From Candidatus Hermodarchaeota archaeon (GTDB lineage Archaea; Asgardarchaeota; Lokiarchaeia; Sigyniarchaeales; SOKP01), in contig JBHLLG010000038.1 in assembly GCA_048885925.1 (NCBI GenBank), positions 1 through 25,404 on the forward strand: a DNA stretch of 25,404 bases, in the 5' to 3' direction. Position numbers and translations under genes: made by a program. Positions 1 through 9,318 of this stretch are shown piece after piece. The notes below the pieces were generated by a model that saw only the letters and a list, made by a program, of their open reading frames with translations, was not told where the DNA came from and searched no databases. Numbering within the stretch: the first letter of the stretch is position 1; the number at the start of each line of letters is the position of its first letter.

Positions 1-2478
1 AAAAATGAAACAATCGAAATTAACGTGTATGATTTATCTGGCGTGAATCAAACCTTAATAGAATATGATTCAACAAATCATAGTATGGTTTTCATGGGGG
101 GGAATAAATGGAGTTGGAGTAAATGGCAGCCTGCTGAGGGATTTAATCCTTATAAGATTTATATGCAAGATAATCAAGACAATTGGAATATGGTCAGTGG
201 GAATATAACTGTAATAAAGACTACCGCACCAATTCTTGAAAATCTGACTGAGAGTGAGGATCCTTTAGAATTAGGTAATAATTTTATTGTACGAATAGAT
301 GTTGAATCTAATGAAACTCTATCTATCGTATTGATCGAATTGGATGGTATAAATCGTACAATGAATAATATATCAGGAAATAGTTATGAATATATCTGGA
401 ATGCTTCTGAATATATCGAGAGTGGTTATTCAGTTGGAATTCCTATAAATTATATAATTTATGCAAATGATTCATATAATAATTGGGCACTGCCCTATCA
501 AGCCAGCTTTGTAATTAAAGACTCATTTGGTCCTACTTTTTTGGGTCTTTTTGAAAGTCCTGAAGTATTAGAACTTGGAGATAATGAAATAATCACTATT
601 AATTGTACTGATCTAGCAGGCATTAATCAAGTCATAATCGAGTTTGAAGGAAGTAACCACACTATGACTAATATTGGTGGAGATACGTGGCAATATGACA
701 GTTGGACTCCTGGTAATGTAGGTAATTATTCATATACAATATGGGCAAAAGATAATAATACTAACTGGAATTTTATGGGTGACTCAATTTTAGTTGAAGA
801 TACAACTTTACCTGTTTTTTTTGATCTAACTGAAATTAGTAATCCAACTGAGATAGGGATACCGCTATTCATTTCGATAAAAACCACAGATTTAGCTGGT
901 ATCAAACAAGTTTTAATAGAATATGAAAATTTAACTTTTACTATGCAACCTAGTGGTGGAGACGTGTGGGAATATGACGATTGGATGCCAACCAGGGCAG
1001 GTAATTATTCATATAAAATATATATGGAAGACAATAATAATAATATAAATTCGACTAATACAATGTTTATGATTTTCCAAGATACTATTTCACCTGGTTT
1101 TTTTGGTCTGACTGAAAGTAGTAATCTATTAGAATTAGGTGATACTGAAGTTATTACCATTAATGCCGATGATTTTTCTGGAATAAACCAAGTTTTGATT
1201 GAAATTGGAGGACAGAACCATTCCATGACTAAAATTTATGGTATTACATGGCAAAATAATTTTACTTGGAAACCAGTTAGCATAGGTATTAAAAGCTACA
1301 CAATTTATATAGAAGATAATAATCAGAACTGGAATTTCACAACTGGTTCGATTACTGTTCAAGATACAATCCCCCCAGATAAACCAGAAATAAGTATTAG
1401 TTGGAGTGGGAAAGTTAATGATATTATTACCTTCATCTGGGAAAGGGGTTCTGATCCATCGGGTATTTTATATTATATCTTAATTATTGATAATGAGAGT
1501 ACTCCTGAAAGCACACCAGGATATATTTATAAATTTAATATCACAAATTCAGGAAACGGAAGTATTTATTTTGAATTGCCGGAACTTCTTCCTCCAGGCC
1601 AATATTGGTACTTTTTAGCTCAAATTGATGGAGTAGGACTACCGAGTGATTATGATTGGGGAACATTTACAGTAATTAATGTTGAGAATGGTACTCCTGG
1701 GATTAATATTTTTCTAATAACCGCGATAATACTCGCAAGTGCAATTGGTTCTGGAACAGCAATAGTGTTAGTGAGGAAAAAGTTGAAAAAGGACATTGCT
1801 CCACCACGCAAAAAAGTACCACTTAAAATAATTACTTCCCATCTTAATAAACTTTCAGGCCCTACCTTCGATGATAAACAATTATTACCTAATAAAGAAT
1901 TAATCGAAGAAGAAATAGAAATTCAAATTAATGAAATTAGATCTTTGGGAGAGGAGTTATTCGCTGAAGGGGCATATTTAGAAGCTCAAAAGCAATTTAA
2001 GGTTGGAAGGGATCTTCTAATGAATTTAGGAAGAGAAGAGGAGGCAAAACTTTTTTCAGAATTGCTCTCTGGAATTGAAGGATTACTAGAAGAACGTGAG
2101 AGAAGAGTTGAGTTATTGGAAAAAGTAAAAAATGAAGGTGATTCTGTGAAAATCTTTGAATTATATTATGATATAATCGAAATATCAAGAAAGCTACGAG
2201 ATCTAGATGGTATAAATATGTATGAATCGGAGTTAATTCAGTTCTTTCAAATTAATAAATTTAAATTGATAATTATACAAAAACATATTTATGAATTAGA
2301 ACAAGAGGCAGATTCATTAATAAAAAATAATCTTTTTGAAAAGGCTGCTCATGTATATGAAAAATGTGAGAATTTCTCCAACTTTTTAGTTCAATTAGGA
2401 AATGAAGAAGAAATAAACAATATTAGAAAATTTAAAATTAAAAAAGAGGAGTGTTTAAAAAAAATTCTTGATAAATAA
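1..2478 (+). CDS. 5'-truncated giant membrane-anchored surface protein (Ig-like repeats, FN3-like domain, TM helix, helical cytoplasmic tail); paralog of 2902..9297
   Basis: Frame is open from base 1 (KNETIEINVYDLSGVNQ, matching QNETIEITVFDLSGVNQ in the paralog), so GTG at 25 is internal. It has ~93-aa repeats (DxxxP.F..L.ES.xxLELG...DxxGINQV.IE...W...W.P...G.Y.Y.I...D...NWN), many N-x-S/T sequons, a hydrophobic segment IFLITAIILASAIGSGTAIVLV (~1708-1773) followed by RKKLKK, then a charged helical tail. Confidence 0.9.
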   Translation, partial: KNETIEINVYDLSGVNQTLIEYDSTNHSMVFMGGNKWSWSKWQPAEGFNPYKIYMQDNQDNWNMVSGNITVIKTTAPILENLTESEDPLELGNNFIVRIDVESNETLSIVLIELDGINRTMNNISGNSYEYIWNASEYIESGYSVGIPINYIIYANDSYNNWALPYQASFVIKDSFGPTFLGLFESPEVLELGDNEIITINCTDLAGINQVIIEFEGSNHTMTNIGGDTWQYDSWTPGNVGNYSYTIWAKDNNTNWNFMGDSILVEDTTLPVFFDLTEISNPTEIGIPLFISIKTTDLAGIKQVLIEYENLTFTMQPSGGDVWEYDDWMPTRAGNYSYKIYMEDNNNNINSTNTMFMIFQDTISPGFFGLTESSNLLELGDTEVITINADDFSGINQVLIEIGGQNHSMTKIYGITWQNNFTWKPVSIGIKSYTIYIEDNNQNWNFTTGSITVQDTIPPDKPEISISWSGKVNDIITFIWERGSDPSGILYYILIIDNESTPESTPGYIYKFNITNSGNGSIYFELPELLPPGQYWYFLAQIDGVGLPSDYDWGTFTVINVENGTPGINIFLITAIILASAIGSGTAIVLVRKKLKKDIAPPRKKVPLKIITSHLNKLSGPTFDDKQLLPNKELIEEEIEIQINEIRSLGEELFAEGAYLEAQKQFKVGRDLLMNLGREEEAKLFSELLSGIEGLLEERERRVELLEKVKNEGDSVKIFELYYDIIEISRKLRDLDGINMYESELIQFFQINKFKLIIIQKHIYELEQEADSLIKNNLFEKAAHVYEKCENFSNFLVQLGNEEEINNIRKFKIKKEECLKKILDK

Positions 2479-2901
2479 TTTGATAGATATTTTCTACCTC
2501 AAGACCTCTAGCTTATATATTAGTGGTTATAAATAGATCAAAAGATATTATTATTTTACCAGTTTTGTAAATTCTCATTCAAATAATCAAAAAAGTATTT
2601 ATAAAATTTTGTCGAAATCTAAAAACAGACAAAAATTAATGAGTTAAATCAAATTAACATCCATTACATGTAAGTTTTTATTGAGTGTTGAAGTTCTTAA
2701 GAAATGATTTTAGAAAAATTTTGAGAAATTCTTCTGATAATTCAAAAAAATTTATATTGGTGTTTGATGATTAATTTTAAAGATAAGAATATAATAAAAC
2801 CGATTTAATTTAGGCTTGGTTAATACTATTAATAAAAATTTACTTTAAGTTTTTTTATAATTTTAATTCAGATTAATTATAATAAATAGGAAAAAATCTC
2901 T

Positions 2902-5900
2902 ATGATAAAAAAAAGAATATGTAAGAAAAAAAAAAAATTTTTGCTAATTTTCTTGATCTTTTTCTTTAACTTAACTTCAATAATATTTATTCCAAGTATA
3001 GTTATTGATTCTAATAATAAATCCGAAAATTCGAATAATTCAATTAATGATATTACTTCATTTATTCGTCTTTCAAATGGTCTACAAAATGTGAAATATT
3101 TCAATTATTATAAAGTGATAACAATTGATCATACGAAAGTGAATGGAACAAGTAATCTTATTAATTTTCCACTTTTGATATCTCTACTTGATTCGGATCT
3201 CAAACATGATGTTCAACCAGATGGTGATGATATCGCATTTTATAACGGAAGTGAATGGTTAGACCATGAAATCGAAAAATTTAATCAAAATTATGATGAA
3301 ACTTATGCTCAATTAATTGCTTGGGTTCGAATTCCAATTCTTTATTATGATAATGATACTACAATTTACATGTATTATGGAAATTCAACAATGGAGTCTC
3401 AGGAAAATCCAGAAGGTGTTTGGGATAGTAATTATAAAGGAGTTTGGCACTTAAGTGAGGATCCTTCAGGTTCATCGCCTCAAATGAAAGATAGTACTTC
3501 AAATCATAACCATGGAACAGTAAATAATTTAAATACAAGTGATCAAGTAAGTGGACAGATCGATGGGAGTATTGATTTTGATGATGCAACAGATTATATT
3601 AATTGTAGTGATCATTCTTCATTAAATGTGGGTTCAGGTGATTTTTCATTATCTTTATGGTTTAATTATGATGGAGTTACCCAGGGATTTCTTGCTGGAA
3701 AAGGAGCCTATATTGGTGGAATAAGATATAGTATCTTCATAGTAGATACTGCTAGTGATAAAATAAAGGGAGAAATTGATGATGGTATAGATTATGATGG
3801 TATTACAACTACTGAACGTTATGATGATAACACTTGGCACCATGTTGAGTTAGTAAGAGATGGAAATTATCTAAGATTATATTTAGATGGTCAAGAAAAT
3901 TCTGGTTCACCAATTGATATCACAGATATTGGATCTCTCGATAACCCACAACCATTTTATATTAATACTATAACAGGCAGTCCTGGTGGTGGACCTAATC
4001 CTCCCTATTCTACTGCGAAATTGGACGAAGTTCGGGTATCAATGGTTGCACGATCAGCTGATTTGATTGCAACCGAGTTTAATAATCAGAATGACACTAA
4101 TAATTTTTATTCTGTTAGCACTGCACAAAAAATCCTTTCTATATCTGATTTTGATTTCTATAAAGAAATAACAATTGACCATACAAAAGTCGCTGGATCA
4201 AGTGATCTTCTCAATTTTCCAGTGTTAATTTCTATTATGGATTCAGACTTGCAAGATCATACTCAACCAGATGGTGATGATATTGCTTTTTATGCCGATG
4301 GTAAATGGTTAGATCATGAAATTGAAGCATTCAATCAAACTTATGATGAAACTCATGCTCAATTAATTGCTTGGGTTCGCGTTCCAATTCTCTATCATGA
4401 TAATAATACGATAATTTATATGTATTATGGAAATTCTAAAATGGGTCCACTGGAAAATCCATCTGATGTATGGAATTCCAATTATAAGGGAGTATGGCAT
4501 TTAGGAGATGGTGTAATGAATCCATCATCTTCTTATTATGATTCGACTATTAATGATAATAATGGAAAAGCCATTAATTCTCCAATTAATAATACAACTT
4601 CGAAGATTGATGGTGGTGTTAGCTTTGATGACTCTAATGAAAGAGCTGTAAAAATATCTCATTCTACTTCATTGCAGTTTATTTCAAATTTCAGTATTTC
4701 TGCATGGTTTAGAAGCACAGATTCCGATGGTGACGTTGGATTAATAATGAATAAGTGGAGTGGTGAAGAATCAAAACGTAATTACTGGCTTGGAAAATTG
4801 AATCAGAATGACTTTGCTTTCTATGTTGATAATGATTCTAATGTGCTTTATGGATGGAATAATTTAAAGGATGGAGATTGGCATTATGTTGTTGCTACAG
4901 CAAATAGTACAACATTAGTTATCTACATAGATGGTTCTTTAGTAGCAACTAATTCTTGGGATGGGATATCTCTTACAGGGGATGCAGATTTGTATATTGG
5001 AAAAGCTGTTGACACAATAGATCAAGAATTTAATGGTGATATAGATGAAATACATGTTCTTGATACGATTTTAGATTTAGATTGGATTTCTACTGAATAC
5101 AACAATCAGTACAATCCTAATAATTTTTATTCTGTTAGTAGTGCTAAACAGACTCTTTCTATATACGATTTTCAATATCATAAAGATATAAAAATTAATC
5201 ATACTAAGGTTTCTGGATCAAGTGATCTGCTTAATTTTCCCGTCCTCATTTCCATTCTTGATTCAGATTTAAAGAATCATACTCAACCAGATGGTGATGA
5301 TATTGCTTTTTATGCCGATGGTAAATGGTTAGATCATGAAATTGAAATATTTAATCAAACTTATGATGAAACTCACGCTCAATTTGTAGCATGGGTTCGT
5401 ATTCCATCCCTTTCATGGGCAGTGGATACAAATATCACAATGTATTATGGAAATTCAACGATGGAATCTAGAGAAAATCCAGAAGGAGTATGGGATGATG
5501 ACTACTGTTTTGTACTTCATATGGATCAAGATCCTTCAGAATCTGAAATCCTTGATAGTACATCAAATGGATTTGATTTTGATGTTGAAGTTTCAGGAAG
5601 TATGACATCAGATGATCTTGTCAATGGCCAAACTGGTAAAGCACTTGCATTTGATGGAGTAGATGATTATATATATCTAAATGTTTCTAAAGGTTTTTCA
5701 GGACCTACTGATAAAATGACTTTTGAATTTTGGCTTATGTTTCCTGATGGATGGACACCAGCTCCAAGAGATTACTTAGGGGCTCCAGCTATTGCATCTG
5801 GAGATCCTTATCTTTCATTTTATGATAATTTTGAATTTCATGTTGAAACTGATTCAGGTTATATGCTTGAATCCACCCAAACAAATTTCAGTGCGGGAAC

Positions 5901-8900
5901 ATGGTACCATTTTTCGGCAGTATGGGATGGAACTGGAGCGGGGCTCCATAGGATTTATATATCAGGCGTAATCGATAAAAATGGACCTAGCAGACTAGGC
6001 AATCATGCTGCTTGGAATACATTTTCTATTGGGGCAGAGGATGATTATGATGACGGTCCAGGAGGAGAAACACCTGAACATGAAATTAAAGCTACTTTAA
6101 GCGAGTTTCGTTTATCTAAAGTAATTAGATCAGAATATTGGATAGCAACAGAATATAATAATCAATATGATCCTACATCATTTTTCACCATAAGTTCAGA
6201 AAAGCAGATTGATGATAAATCCCCTACCTATTCTAATCTAACAGAAAGTTCAGATCCATTAGAATTAGGGGAAACTGAAATTATTCAAATAAATGTTTCC
6301 GATCCTTCTGGTATTAATCAGGTATTAATCGAATTTGAAGGTGATAATGATACAATGACTAATATAGGGGGAGATACATGGCAATATGACAGCTGGACTC
6401 CCAGCAGTGTAGGTAATTATACGTATACGATTTGGATGGAAGACAATTATCATAATTGGAATTCTACGATGGGTACCATCGAAGTACTCGATAGAACACC
6501 CCCAACTTATTCAAACCTCATTGAAAGTGCGGATCCTTTACAACTAGGACAAAATGAAACGATTGAAATTACTGTATTTGATTTATCTGGAGTGAATCAA
6601 ACCTTATTAGAATATGATTCAATAAATCATAGTATGATTCAAGATGGAAACAAATGGAGTTGGAGTAAATGGAAACCTCCAGAAGGAGGACATCCTTATA
6701 AAATTTACATGCAAGATAATCAAAATAATTGGAATATGACTAGTGGGGATATAACTGTAATCATCTCATATGCACCAATTATTGAAAACCTAACTGAGAG
6801 TGAAGACCCTTTAGAACTGGGTAATGATCTTATTATTACTGTTGATGTCTATGATGTGGAGACAAATGTATCTACAGTATTGATCGAATTGGATGGCATA
6901 AACCGTACAATGAGCAATATATCACTATATAGATATGAATATATCTGGAATGCTTCCGAATATATCGAAAGAGGTTATTCTATTGGATTACCCCGAATCG
7001 TGAATTATAAAATTTATGCAAATGATACGGACAATAATTGGAATTCACACCAAGCTGACTTTCAAATTAAAGACGAAACTCCTCCTGCTTTTTCAGCTCT
7101 TTTTGAAAGTGATGATCCCTTAGAATTTGGAAATAAAGAGACAATAACTATTAATTGCACTGACTTAGCAGGAATTAATGAAGTTATAATAGAATTTGAA
7201 GGAGGAAGCTATCCAATGAATAATACTATAGGAAATACATGGGAATATGACTCTTGGTTACCAGAAAGTATCGGGAATTACACTTATATTATATGGTGTG
7301 AGGATAAAACAGAGAATTGGAATAATATTAGTGGAAATATCTTAGTTCAAGACACTACTTTTCCTACTTTTTCGAATCTGTTTGAAAGTAGTAATCCAAT
7401 TGAGATTGGAACACCATTACTCATTTCGATAAAAGCTACTGATTTCTCTGGCATCAAACAAGTTTTAATAGAATATGAAAATTGGAATTACACCATGCAA
7501 CTCGGTGGTGGAGATGTGTGGCAATATAGTTATTGGATGCCAACAATAGCAGGTAATTATTCATATAAAATATATATACAAGATTATAATAATCTGATAA
7601 ATTCGACTAATGGCTTATTTATGGTATTCCAGGATACCACTTCTCCTGAATTTTGGGATCTGACTGAAAGTAGTAATCCAACTGAGATAGGAACACCATT
7701 ACTCATTTCGATAAAAGCTACTGATTTCTCTGGCATCAAACAAGTTTTAATAGAATATGAAAATTGGAATTACACCATGCAACTCGGTGGTGGAGATGTG
7801 TGGCAATATAGTTATTGGATGCCAACAATAGCAGGTAATTATTCATATAAAATATATATACAAGATTATAATAATCTGATAAATTCGACTAATGGCTTAT
7901 TTATGGTATTCCAGGATACCACTTCTCCTGTTTTTTGGGATCTGACTGAAAGTAGTAATCTATTGCAACTAGGTGATACGGAAGTTATTACGATTGATGC
8001 AGATGATAAAACTGGGATAAACCAAGTTCTAATCGAAATTGGAGGACAAAACCATTCCATGATTAGAATTTATGGTATTACATGGCAAAATAATTCTTGG
8101 AAACCTACTAGCATAGGTATTAAAAATTACACAATTTATATAGAAGATAATAATGGAAACTGGAATTCCACGACTGATTTTATTACTGTTCAAGATACAA
8201 TTCCCCCAAATAGACCAGAAATAACTATTAGTTGGAGTGGAAAGGCTAGCGATATAATTACATTCGTCTGGAGTAAGGGTTCTGATCCATCGGGTATTTC
8301 ATATTATATCCTAATTATTGATAATGAGTCTAATCCTGAAACCACACCCGGATATGTATATAAATTTAATATTACAAATACTGGAAATGAAAGTGTTTAT
8401 TATGAATTGCCGGAAATTCTTCCTCCAGGCCAATATTGGTACTTTTTAGCTCAAATTGATGGAGTAGGACTCCCGAGTGAGTACGATTCAGGAACGTTCA
8501 CAGTAATAAATCCTTACAGTAATAATGATTTTGTGATTTATCTAATAATCGTGATAATACTTGCGAGTGCAATTGCTTCCATAACAGCAATAGTTTTAGT
8601 GAGGAAAAAGTTGAAAAAGGATATTGCTCCACCGCGTGTAAAGATACCCTTTAAAATTATTTCTTCACATCTTAATAAACTTTCAAATGCATATTTTGAA
8701 GTACAAACAGAAAAAATTCAAAGTGTAACTGACGAGGAAGATATAGAAACTCGTATTAACAAAGTTAAATCTTTGGGAGAAGAGCTCTTTGCTGAAGGTG
8801 CATATTTAGAAGCTCAAAAGCAATTTAAGGTTGGAAGGGATCTTCTAATGAACTTAGGAAGAGAAGAGGAGGCAAAACTTTTTTCAGAATTGCTTTCTGG

Positions 8901-9297
8901 AATTGAAGGATTAATCGAAGAACGTGAGAAAAGATTAGAAACTTTAGAACAAGCAAAATTAGAAGGGAATGTTGAGCAAGTTTTTGATTTATATCATGAG
9001 ATAATTGCTATCTCAAAAAAATTAAGAGATCCAGATACTGCAAGTTTTTATCAGTCAGAATTAATTAACTACTTTCAAAAAAATATAAATTTTATAGATT
9101 TAGAAAATTATAGATATGAATTAAATCAAAAAGCAGGATCATTAATCGAAAATAATATATTTGAGATCGCTGCACAATTATATGAAAAATGTGAAATTAT
9201 TTCTCAATTATTCGTACAATTAGGAAAAGAAGAGGAAATAAGTACTATTGAAGAATTTAAAAATAAAAAAGAAGAGTGTCTAAAAAATTTAAAATAA
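2902..9297 (+). CDS. 2131-aa surface glycoprotein/receptor-like protein: signal or anchor, 3x(DUF2341-like + LamG/concanavalin A-like), 7 Ig-like repeats, FN3-like domain, TM helix, TPR/SNAP-like cytoplasmic tail
   Basis: Basic N-terminus plus hydrophobic stretch. Three modules start K.I.I.HTKV.G.S.L.NFP.LIS..DSDL....QPDGDDIAFY...WLDHEIE...AWVR.P.L......I.MYYGN. Each is followed by LamG motifs (GVWHL, FSLSLWF, WHHVELVRDG..LRLYLDG, LDEVRVS, WI.TEYNNQ). Ig-like repeats begin near 6211, 6490, 6766, 7072, 7351, 7633 and 7915; FN3-like domain ~8194; TM FVIYLIIVIILASAIASITAIVLV ~8530-8601 followed by RKKLKK. Confidence 0.92.
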   Translation: MIKKRICKKKKKFLLIFLIFFFNLTSIIFIPSIVIDSNNKSENSNNSINDITSFIRLSNGLQNVKYFNYYKVITIDHTKVNGTSNLINFPLLISLLDSDLKHDVQPDGDDIAFYNGSEWLDHEIEKFNQNYDETYAQLIAWVRIPILYYDNDTTIYMYYGNSTMESQENPEGVWDSNYKGVWHLSEDPSGSSPQMKDSTSNHNHGTVNNLNTSDQVSGQIDGSIDFDDATDYINCSDHSSLNVGSGDFSLSLWFNYDGVTQGFLAGKGAYIGGIRYSIFIVDTASDKIKGEIDDGIDYDGITTTERYDDNTWHHVELVRDGNYLRLYLDGQENSGSPIDITDIGSLDNPQPFYINTITGSPGGGPNPPYSTAKLDEVRVSMVARSADLIATEFNNQNDTNNFYSVSTAQKILSISDFDFYKEITIDHTKVAGSSDLLNFPVLISIMDSDLQDHTQPDGDDIAFYADGKWLDHEIEAFNQTYDETHAQLIAWVRVPILYHDNNTIIYMYYGNSKMGPLENPSDVWNSNYKGVWHLGDGVMNPSSSYYDSTINDNNGKAINSPINNTTSKIDGGVSFDDSNERAVKISHSTSLQFISNFSISAWFRSTDSDGDVGLIMNKWSGEESKRNYWLGKLNQNDFAFYVDNDSNVLYGWNNLKDGDWHYVVATANSTTLVIYIDGSLVATNSWDGISLTGDADLYIGKAVDTIDQEFNGDIDEIHVLDTILDLDWISTEYNNQYNPNNFYSVSSAKQTLSIYDFQYHKDIKINHTKVSGSSDLLNFPVLISILDSDLKNHTQPDGDDIAFYADGKWLDHEIEIFNQTYDETHAQFVAWVRIPSLSWAVDTNITMYYGNSTMESRENPEGVWDDDYCFVLHMDQDPSESEILDSTSNGFDFDVEVSGSMTSDDLVNGQTGKALAFDGVDDYIYLNVSKGFSGPTDKMTFEFWLMFPDGWTPAPRDYLGAPAIASGDPYLSFYDNFEFHVETDSGYMLESTQTNFSAGTWYHFSAVWDGTGAGLHRIYISGVIDKNGPSRLGNHAAWNTFSIGAEDDYDDGPGGETPEHEIKATLSEFRLSKVIRSEYWIATEYNNQYDPTSFFTISSEKQIDDKSPTYSNLTESSDPLELGETEIIQINVSDPSGINQVLIEFEGDNDTMTNIGGDTWQYDSWTPSSVGNYTYTIWMEDNYHNWNSTMGTIEVLDRTPPTYSNLIESADPLQLGQNETIEITVFDLSGVNQTLLEYDSINHSMIQDGNKWSWSKWKPPEGGHPYKIYMQDNQNNWNMTSGDITVIISYAPIIENLTESEDPLELGNDLIITVDVYDVETNVSTVLIELDGINRTMSNISLYRYEYIWNASEYIERGYSIGLPRIVNYKIYANDTDNNWNSHQADFQIKDETPPAFSALFESDDPLEFGNKETITINCTDLAGINEVIIEFEGGSYPMNNTIGNTWEYDSWLPESIGNYTYIIWCEDKTENWNNISGNILVQDTTFPTFSNLFESSNPIEIGTPLLISIKATDFSGIKQVLIEYENWNYTMQLGGGDVWQYSYWMPTIAGNYSYKIYIQDYNNLINSTNGLFMVFQDTTSPEFWDLTESSNPTEIGTPLLISIKATDFSGIKQVLIEYENWNYTMQLGGGDVWQYSYWMPTIAGNYSYKIYIQDYNNLINSTNGLFMVFQDTTSPVFWDLTESSNLLQLGDTEVITIDADDKTGINQVLIEIGGQNHSMIRIYGITWQNNSWKPTSIGIKNYTIYIEDNNGNWNSTTDFITVQDTIPPNRPEITISWSGKASDIITFVWSKGSDPSGISYYILIIDNESNPETTPGYVYKFNITNTGNESVYYELPEILPPGQYWYFLAQIDGVGLPSEYDSGTFTVINPYSNNDFVIYLIIVIILASAIASITAIVLVRKKLKKDIAPPRVKIPFKIISSHLNKLSNAYFEVQTEKIQSVTDEEDIETRINKVKSLGEELFAEGAYLEAQKQFKVGRDLLMNLGREEEAKLFSELLSGIEGLIEEREKRLETLEQAKLEGNVEQVFDLYHEIIAISKKLRDPDTASFYQSELINYFQKNINFIDLENYRYELNQKAGSLIENNIFEIAAQLYEKCEIISQLFVQLGKEEEISTIEEFKNKKEECLKNLK
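3094..6200 (+). repeat. Three tandem ~1.02-1.05 kb DUF2341-like/LamG modules within 2902..9297
   Basis: QPDGDDIAFY recurs at ~3214, ~4264 and ~5284. Positions 4256-4326 and 5276-5346 are identical over 71 bp (offset 1020). Confidence 0.88.
7384..7960 (+). repeat. Near-perfect in-frame 282-bp (94-aa) tandem duplication of one Ig-like repeat
   Basis: 7408-7648 is identical to 7690-7930 (241 bp). After a 2-nt mismatch (aa/tt) identity continues over 7651-7678 vs 7933-7960. Confidence 0.95.
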
Positions 9298-9318
9298 ATT
9301 ATTTAGAGGCGAGTATAT

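Noticed and set aside
25-27. GTG at 25 as the start of the first gene
   Set aside because: The frame is open from base 1 and aligns to the middle of Ig repeat 2 of the paralog; the gene begins upstream of the window.
1005-8060. Short minus-strand ORFs (1005..1226, 1135..1362, 1997..2188, 2877..3104, 3359..3589, 3655..3843, 7866..8060)
   Set aside because: They are antisense shadows of the large genes. The similarity between 1005..1226 and 7866..8060 just mirrors the paralogy on the plus strand.
6211-8190. Periodic repeats as a CRISPR array
   Set aside because: Units are ~280 bp, in frame and protein-coding; there is no short repeat-spacer structure and no cas gene.
1972-8913. Near-identical repeat pairs as template/variable repeats of a diversity-generating retroelement
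   Set aside because: No reverse transcriptase in the window, both copies are coding, and the mismatches are not adenine-specific (T/C, C/T).
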